Assembly: GCA_029983685.1 (NCBI GenBank)
Contig: JASBZA010000005.1
Location: 16,798 to 80,797 of the forward strand
DNA length: 64,000 nucleotides
Direction of reading: 5' to 3'
Source: Oscillospiraceae bacterium
Lineage (GTDB): Bacteria; Bacillota; Clostridia; Saccharofermentanales; Fastidiosipilaceae
Numbering within the stretch: the stretch's first letter is position 1; each line of letters opens with the position of its first letter. Positions 56,973 through 64,000 of the stretch are shown piece after piece. A program made the position numbers and the translations under genes. Below the pieces are notes generated by a model. That model was not told where the DNA came from. It saw only the letters and a program-made list of their open reading frames with translations, and ran no database searches.

Positions 56973-58994
56973 TTATTCGTGCTTGACGAGCCGGTAGTAG
57001 GTTCCGGAGCTGAGCTCATAGACGATGAAGTAGACCAGTAGTAACAAGACACCCGCCAAGACATAGCTCCGAAGAAAGGTCTTGCTCTGAGGTGCCACAA
57101 GCATACTGACCGCTTTCCAGGTAATGGGATAAGCCGCTACCACATGGCTGAAGGTAAGAATCAAGGGCCAAATGAAGAGATAGCGCATCTGCTTCTTGGT
57201 TATCTTTAAGATAAGTTCATTTTCTAAGCCCACGGCCTGCATAATGGACACCTGACTTTGGTCTTGGATAGCTTCGGCCACTTGCTTGTAGTAGATAACC
57301 AAGAAAACACCCAGGATTAAAACGATGGAAAGGAAGATGCCTACAAAGAGGATGCCACCGTTTAGTTCATAGATGTTTTGTCTGTGCTGGTCTCTGATAC
57401 CGACATCCATACTGTAATTTTCTCCCGAGTCGCGAAGCTCGTTTTCGACGATCTTTTCGACTTCACCTTCCGGTACCGTCTCCGCATCTTCAACATCAAA
57501 ATTCAGTGTACGGACCAAGGCCGGCTTAAAGACTTGATTCTCAGTTTCTTGGACATTTTCCAAATAATTTCTTGCTATATCCTGCAAAACATCGTCTTCC
57601 GCAACTAAAATTTTCACCGTATCAATGGCATATATAGAGGGAATGGATAGCTCAGCGCGTTTCACCTTATATGTCTTATCTCCTATTTTCAGAGTGTCTA
57701 AGCCTTTTAAAATTTCATCGTTATTGGCGCCCACCACCAGTTCATCGGACGCAATAGCAAAGTCCTTATCGAACATTTTGTTGTATGCATCCACGTTGTG
57801 AAATAAGAACAGATAACCGGTCAGTAAGTTATTTTCCACCTCTAGTACCAATTCTTTATCTTGTGAAATGGAGCCCGGGCAAATCATCTGACTATCACGG
57901 TGGACATTCTTAAAGTAGGGACTGGCTTCCAAGTCCTTTTCTAAGGCCAAAACTTGTGTCTTAATCTCTTCTTTCGCCTGGCCATGTTGGTCTTCATCAA
58001 AGACCAAATCCAGTTTGTAGTCTTGAGGATAATTCGATTTCAGAGAATCTTCTAGGGAGATATAGACACCGCAAGATACGGCAACTACCAGTATAACGCC
58101 CGTCGATAAGACGGCCAAAGAAGCCAGAGAGTTTGTGTTAGACCTTAACTTGTAAAGCATGCCGGAGAAGGAAATAAAGTTAGAGGGTTTATAATAAAGC
58201 CCCTTCATGCTTCTGAGCCCTTTAAAAATCAGGGCCAAAATATTATTGGTGACTAAATAAGTCCCTATAATAACCAAGATTGTTGCGATTACGAAGACAA
58301 AAACAGATGTGACGATATTAAAGGTCGACCGGGCCAACTGATATCCGGTAAGAATTAAGCCCAGGCCCAAGACACCCAGGATGACTTGCCCATAGGACTT
58401 TCTTTGCTTTAACCCCGACTTATCCTGCCGTAACTGCTCAATGGGCCTATCTAAATTTAAACTAAACAGGTTCCAAATAATCAAAACAACAGCTAGGGCT
58501 ACTAAAATGCCGGCATTGATTGCCAAGGCTTTGGTCGAAAAAGGAAAAGCACTCAAGCGAACATCATCGTATTGGAGCAAGCGGTTCAATAAAACAAAGA
58601 GCACCTTACCGAGTAAGAAGCCGACACCGGTCGACAGGGCCAAAATAAGAAGGCTGTTTAAGACGGTTTCTACGGCCAAAATCAGGCCCACATCTCGGCC
58701 TTCCATACCGTAAATAGCATAGAGCGCGAATTCCTTTTGTCTTTGGGAAAAGGCAAAACGGCTGGTATAAAGATAGAAAATCGCCACGAAGACGCCCATA
58801 ATCACCGCTCCGGCCATCATGAGACGCACCAAAAACTCCGCCCTTTCTCTGATATAAGCGTTATCGATAAGGGCAATAAAAATATAGAGAATAGAAAAAG
58901 CCAGACCGGTAGCAACAACATAGGGAATACGGATATTGCCCATACTTTTCATGTTTTTACGGGCCAACTTAAAATAAGTCTTAAATTTAGTCAT
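56973..58994 (-). CDS. BceB-like ABC permease (FtsX-domain, 10 TM with large extracellular domain)
   Basis: 673 aa. A ~200-aa soluble insert lies between TM blocks. It overlaps the ATPase gene by 8 nt. Confidence 0.8.
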   Translation of the reverse strand: MTKFKTYFKLARKNMKSMGNIRIPYVVATGLAFSILYIFIALIDNAYIRERAEFLVRLMMAGAVIMGVFVAIFYLYTSRFAFSQRQKEFALYAIYGMEGRDVGLILAVETVLNSLLILALSTGVGFLLGKVLFVLLNRLLQYDDVRLSAFPFSTKALAINAGILVALAVVLIIWNLFSLNLDRPIEQLRQDKSGLKQRKSYGQVILGVLGLGLILTGYQLARSTFNIVTSVFVFVIATILVIIGTYLVTNNILALIFKGLRSMKGLYYKPSNFISFSGMLYKLRSNTNSLASLAVLSTGVILVVAVSCGVYISLEDSLKSNYPQDYKLDLVFDEDQHGQAKEEIKTQVLALEKDLEASPYFKNVHRDSQMICPGSISQDKELVLEVENNLLTGYLFLFHNVDAYNKMFDKDFAIASDELVVGANNDEILKGLDTLKIGDKTYKVKRAELSIPSIYAIDTVKILVAEDDVLQDIARNYLENVQETENQVFKPALVRTLNFDVEDAETVPEGEVEKIVENELRDSGENYSMDVGIRDQHRQNIYELNGGILFVGIFLSIVLILGVFLVIYYKQVAEAIQDQSQVSIMQAVGLENELILKITKKQMRYLFIWPLILTFSHVVAAYPITWKAVSMLVAPQSKTFLRSYVLAGVLLLLVYFIVYELSSGTYYRLVKHE

Positions 58995-59754
58995 GGAGAG
59001 AACCTCCGTTTAAGAGGGTCAGACTCTTGGCAATACGGTCTTCGAAACGGACATTGTTGTCCTCTCCCCTATAAATTTCATTATAGATTCTGCCGTCTTT
59101 AATAAATAATACCCGGTGCGCGTTGGCCGCAGCCGCTACAGAGTGAGTCACCATTAGAATGGTTTGCCGGTAGTTTTGATTCAGGGTTTGGAAAATACGC
59201 ATAAGACTTTGCGATGATGACGAATCCAGGGCTCCCGTGGGCTCATCCGCCAGGAGAAGCTTAGGGTAGGTTACAATGGCCCTGGCCACCGCTATTCTTT
59301 GGGCCTGACCGCCGGAAACTTCATAAGGGTATTTGGTCAGGTAATCTTGAATCTCCAAAGGAGCCACCACGGCCATGAGCCTTTCCTGCATCTCTTTTTG
59401 CGGTGTATTGGATAAGACCAAGGGCAGGAGAATATTATCTTTATTGTTGAAATTATTCAGAAGCGAATAGTCCTGGAAAACAAAACCCAGCTCCTCACGC
59501 CTAAACTTCGAAATTTGCTTTTTGGCCAAAGTAGACAAGTCTCTGCCGTCCAGAAAAACACTGCCGTCAGTTGGCTGGTCTAAAGAGCCTAAAATATTCA
59601 AGAGTGTCGTCTTGCCCGATCCCGAATCACCCATAATAGCAACGAATTCACCACGTTCAACGCTGAACGTGACTTGACAAAGAGCCTCCGTAGCACTGGC
59701 CGTTCCCTTCTTGCCGTAAATTTTTCCTACATTTTTAACTTCTAATAACGCCAT
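58987..59754 (-). CDS. BceA-like ABC ATP-binding protein
   Basis: GDSGSGKTTLLN, VSGGQAQRIAVARA, LLADEPTGALD and VTH motifs. I prefer the ATG at 59754, which is preceded by GAAAGAGG. The track start at 59796 overlaps a TAAAAT -10-like hexamer. Confidence 0.9.
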   Translation of the reverse strand: MALLEVKNVGKIYGKKGTASATEALCQVTFSVERGEFVAIMGDSGSGKTTLLNILGSLDQPTDGSVFLDGRDLSTLAKKQISKFRREELGFVFQDYSLLNNFNNKDNILLPLVLSNTPQKEMQERLMAVVAPLEIQDYLTKYPYEVSGGQAQRIAVARAIVTYPKLLLADEPTGALDSSSSQSLMRIFQTLNQNYRQTILMVTHSVAAAANAHRVLFIKDGRIYNEIYRGEDNNVRFEDRIAKSLTLLNGGSLHD

Positions 59755-59830
59755 CTTAAGACCTCTTTCTAGATTTCTTCTTGATTCAGTGCCCATTTTA
59801 AAGAGCCGGCCTAAAAGAAGCTTTTACGAA

Positions 59831-59871
59831 AACTTACAAAGCGGATTTCTTAACTTACAAAATTGTAAGTT
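59831..59871 (-). promoter_or_regulatory. Predicted BceR-type response-regulator binding site upstream of the ABC genes
   Basis: A 9-2-9 inverted repeat AACTTACAA-aa-TTGTAAGTT (59852..59871) has the core TTACA-N4-TGTAA. A further AACTTACAAA copy lies at 59831..59840. A TAAAAT -10 is at 59800..59795, with no good -35. Confidence 0.5.
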
Positions 59872-59872
59872 T

Positions 59873-60778
59873 CTAATAACGAAGATTGATTTCATCCGGA
59901 AAGGTCAGTGCAAAACAGGTCCCCTCACCCAAGTTACTGGTCACATGAATCTGAATATTTAGAAGATCCGCAATTTTCTTGACCAGGAAAAGCCCCACGC
60001 CGGAACTCTTCTCGGCATAGGCGCCGTTAAAGCCCGAGTAGCCCTGGTCAAAAATTTTGGGCAAGTCTTCCAGCCCAATGCCTATACCCGTATCTTCTAT
60101 GTAGAGGGTGCGAAGGCTACCATCAAAAGAAATATGGCAAGTCTCTTCCCGGGCATACTTGCTGATATTGGAAAAGAGCTGCTCTAATAAGAGTTCCAAA
60201 TAATTTTTATCGCTGATGACCCATACATCCTCAAGGTCATAGTCGACTTTAATATGGTATCTAATAAAGAGCGTCTTATACTTCAGTAAGGCTTCCGACA
60301 CAGAGTCATTTAAGTTAATAGAAATAGGGTATAAGACGGTAGCAGAGTCGGTCAGTTTTAAATAGGCCAAAGCCATATTGGTGTAATTTTCAATATCAAT
60401 TAGTTTTTCTTGCCAAAGTGCCCTTTGGTCAGGTGGCAAATCTTGAATCATCAGATTAAGTGAAGTCAGCGGACTTTTTACCTGGTGTACCCATAAGAGA
60501 AAATAGGTCTTAAGGTCGGATTTGGCCATAAGCTCCTGCTTCTTATAGGCTTGAAAAGACCGGTCCAAACTTTCTAATTGCTCCTTGAGATTTTCTTCTA
60601 TTTGATGACGGTTATAGCTGTACCACATCGAAAGGATAAAAACGACTGCACTAAGGCCCAAATAGATAAGATAAACTTCCCAAGGCAAAGCAAAAACAAA
60701 GAAAATAAAAGCCAGAAATACCTCAGAAAGCGTGAAATATAAAATGAGTATCTTATTTTTTTCTAAAAAATGCTTCAT
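59873..60778 (-). CDS. BceS-like intramembrane-sensing histidine kinase
   Basis: Two TM helices are separated by a ~4-aa loop. H-box WVHQVKSPLT. ATPase G-boxes (DTGIGI, GVGLFLV). Confidence 0.85.
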   Translation of the reverse strand: MKHFLEKNKILILYFTLSEVFLAFIFFVFALPWEVYLIYLGLSAVVFILSMWYSYNRHQIEENLKEQLESLDRSFQAYKKQELMAKSDLKTYFLLWVHQVKSPLTSLNLMIQDLPPDQRALWQEKLIDIENYTNMALAYLKLTDSATVLYPISINLNDSVSEALLKYKTLFIRYHIKVDYDLEDVWVISDKNYLELLLEQLFSNISKYAREETCHISFDGSLRTLYIEDTGIGIGLEDLPKIFDQGYSGFNGAYAEKSSGVGLFLVKKIADLLNIQIHVTSNLGEGTCFALTFPDEINLRY

Positions 60779-60787
60779 CGGACGCGA

Positions 60788-61465
60788 TTAGTCATCCTTG
60801 TTTAGTCTGTAGCCCAAATTTCTTTTTGTCACGATAAAGTCTTCCAATCCTATCTCCTGCATTTTTTTACGCAGTCTGGAGATATTGACGGCCAGGGTAT
60901 TCTGGTCAATGAAATCTCTTTGGTCCCAACAAGATTCCAGCAAGGCGTTCGTACTGACATAGTCGCCTTTGGCCCGAAATAAGGTCTCAATAATGCTTAG
61001 TTCGGTCTTGGTCAAATCGATGGCTAGGTCCTGATATAAAAGCTCGGACTTCCCCTGATTCAGACTGACCCCTGCAAACTGCAGATCATGATTATCCAAG
61101 TTATAAGCATAGGTTCGCCTCAAGAGGGCTCTGATTTTGGAAACGGTAAGATTCAAGTCAATAGGCTTGGTAATGTAATCATCAGCTCCTATCTGAAGGG
61201 CCATCAGAATATCCATGTTTTCATTCCTGGCCGAGAGAAAAATAATGGGAACCTGCGACTCTTTACGAATTTCTTGGCACCAATAGTAGCCGTTATAAGA
61301 AGGGAGGGTAATATCCAAAAGCACCAGGTCGGGCCAAAGCGCCTTAAATTCATCTAAAACCCGTGAAAAATCCCGGCAAAGACTCACTTCCAAGTCCCAC
61401 TTGCCCAAACCTTCCTGCAAAAGTCTTGCTATAGACGGATCGTCTTCTACCAGATAAATACGCAA
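60788..61465 (-). CDS. OmpR-family response regulator (BceR-like)
   Basis: Receiver domain (DLVLLDITLP, K in ITKP) and a winged-helix output domain (LGYRL). Confidence 0.9.
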   Translation of the reverse strand: MRIYLVEDDPSIARLLQEGLGKWDLEVSLCRDFSRVLDEFKALWPDLVLLDITLPSYNGYYWCQEIRKESQVPIIFLSARNENMDILMALQIGADDYITKPIDLNLTVSKIRALLRRTYAYNLDNHDLQFAGVSLNQGKSELLYQDLAIDLTKTELSIIETLFRAKGDYVSTNALLESCWDQRDFIDQNTLAVNISRLRKKMQEIGLEDFIVTKRNLGYRLNKDD

Positions 61466-61502
61466 AATACGCTCCTTCGCTACTTTTCGAACTATCCCAT
61501 TT

Positions 61503-61531
61503 TAAAAAAGAAGCCCTCCGAAGAGGGCTTC
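61503..61531 (-). terminator. Strong rho-independent terminator after gap
   Basis: Minus-strand GAAGCCCTC-ttcg-GAGGGCTTC followed by TTTTTT. Confidence 0.75.
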
Positions 61532-61563
61532 CAGTCACGAACTAACTAAATGTTCAATCCAAC

Positions 61564-62640
<1,077 letters not shown>

Positions 62641-62809
62641 CTAATAACAATAAAAATACTAACAATTCAGTACTAAAAGTACCTTTGTAATGATAATAAA
62701 AAAACGAAACAAATTCAATCCGAATGTAGCCGAAGACTGTGAATTTCTTGTGAAATAGCCTTTTTCTCTATTTTGACAAGGCCGATTCACGTTATAATTC
62801 GTTATTAAG

Positions 62810-64000
62810 CTACTTTTTTAAATCCTCGTCCTTATCCGCTGCGTCGTCTTCATTCTCATCCGAAGAAGCTTTTTCATTAACTCTTTTTATATGTAAGAAG
62901 CGCTTGGTCGTATTCCAGGCTTCTTTCTTAATTTGATTCGCTTCATGTTCTTGAATATCCAATTCTCTCTCGAGCTTATCCAAGTCAAAAGGCAAGAGGG
63001 ATTTGGTCCTCTTTTTCTCTTCTGTTTTTCCCGAACCGGCTCCGTCTTTCTCAGAAGCGCTTGAAGAATTAGTCGAACTATCTTCCTCTTGTTTTGGCCC
63101 CGGCGTAGCAACGGGAGCATCTCTTGAAATACCCATCACCTGGTCAGCGTCCGCTTCCTCCATACCGAAAAGGATCTTGTTTTCATCAACCCCCTTCTTA
63201 CGGACTCGATCAGACGACCAGGATTTTACGAGTACGTAGAAAACTGAGAAAGCCGGCACTGCCAAAAGAAGACCCAAGAAACCAAAAGCTTTGGACCCGA
63301 AAGTTACTGCAAAGAAAACCAACAAAGACGGCAGCCCCACAGATTTCCCAACGACTCTGGGATAAACAAAGTTACCTTCCAATTGCTGGATAATGATTAA
63401 CATCAAAAGATAAGCTAAACCTTGAATAGGCGATTCAACAAAGATAAATAAAGTACCGAATGTTCCGAATATCAGGGCACCGAAAACCGGGATAAGCTGG
63501 CCTACAGCAATCATAACGCTGATGGTTAAGGCATAAGGGAAACCGAAAATCTTCATACCGATAAAGTTCAACGTACCTAAGATAAGAGCCTCCAGTACCG
63601 ATCCGCCGATAAAGCGCGAGAAGACTCTGTTGACTAGGCTGAAGAATTGAACAACCCGGTCCACGATATACTCAGGGAAAGCTGCATAGTTAAATTCCCT
63701 CATGTTACGTCCGATAGACTCTTTGCGTAGCAGGAAGTATATGGCGAAAACCAAGCCTAAAAAGGTATTAAAGAAGCGGTTAAGCACAGAAGACAACCAA
63801 ATAAAAGCAGAGCTGGCAATGTTGGTCGTCGCCTCATTAAGCCAGTTAATACCGCGTTGAATTAAATTATTAACCGAGAAGCTTGAGGTCTGCAGCCATT
63901 TTACAAAGTCCGAATCATTCGTATCGAGCTTAGCTACCCATTCTTGGAAATCTTTAATCGTACCCGGCAACTTATTACCGAAAGAAATAATGGTATTTAC
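62810..64000 (-). CDS. AI-2E family transporter (PerM/UPF0118), N-terminus outside the window, with a long acidic C-terminal tail
   Basis: ...IIQQLEGNFVYPRVVGKSVGLPSLLVFFAV... is the family signature. The reading frame stays open to the window edge (the track start at 63970 is an internal TTG). Confidence 0.85.
   Translation of the reverse strand, partial: VNTIISFGNKLPGTIKDFQEWVAKLDTNDSDFVKWLQTSSFSVNNLIQRGINWLNEATTNIASSAFIWLSSVLNRFFNTFLGLVFAIYFLLRKESIGRNMREFNYAAFPEYIVDRVVQFFSLVNRVFSRFIGGSVLEALILGTLNFIGMKIFGFPYALTISVMIAVGQLIPVFGALIFGTFGTLFIFVESPIQGLAYLLMLIIIQQLEGNFVYPRVVGKSVGLPSLLVFFAVTFGSKAFGFLGLLLAVPAFSVFYVLVKSWSSDRVRKKGVDENKILFGMEEADADQVMGISRDAPVATPGPKQEEDSSTNSSSASEKDGAGSGKTEEKKRTKSLLPFDLDKLERELDIQEHEANQIKKEAWNTTKRFLHIKRVNEKASSDENEDDAADKDEDLKK

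Overview
This 64 kb window looks like a Bacillota (Clostridia-like) chromosome. It is about 90% coding and strongly strand-biased: roughly 50 of 58 genes are on the minus strand. Most of it is core housekeeping. That includes the distal cell-division cluster (sepF, yggS), pyruvate kinase, Lon, and the str operon (rpsL-rpsG-fusA-tuf). It also includes serS, the hprK-murB-rapZ-whiA-trmL block, a CBS-type family II pyrophosphatase, a tight hpf-pcrA-...-folC-thrC gene string, and gap.

The accessory-looking parts are:
- a cadC/cadA-like metal efflux pair
- a feoA-feoA-feoB-Cys-rich iron uptake operon
- a lipoprotein + ABC operon whose ATPase and permease are fused into one 956-aa ORF
- a plus-strand island with two ABC exporters and an EamA transporter
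- a complete Bce-type (RR-HK-ABC) peptide-antibiotic sensing/detoxification module

I recognised no rRNA, tRNA, CRISPR array, transposase, integrase or phage genes. I also found no convincing entirely new multi-gene system.

The items most worth a second look are:
- the apparent 1-nt frameshift that fuses the ABC ATPase to a tandem-duplicated permease carrying a repeated RACPGGRS motif
- a thrice-repeated GTTAG-N6-CTAA(C/T) palindrome placed inside two feo promoters
- an orphan ATPase + 546-aa membrane protein pair
- several uncharacterised proteins embedded in conserved operons

All family names are from memory of sequence motifs. No searches were run.
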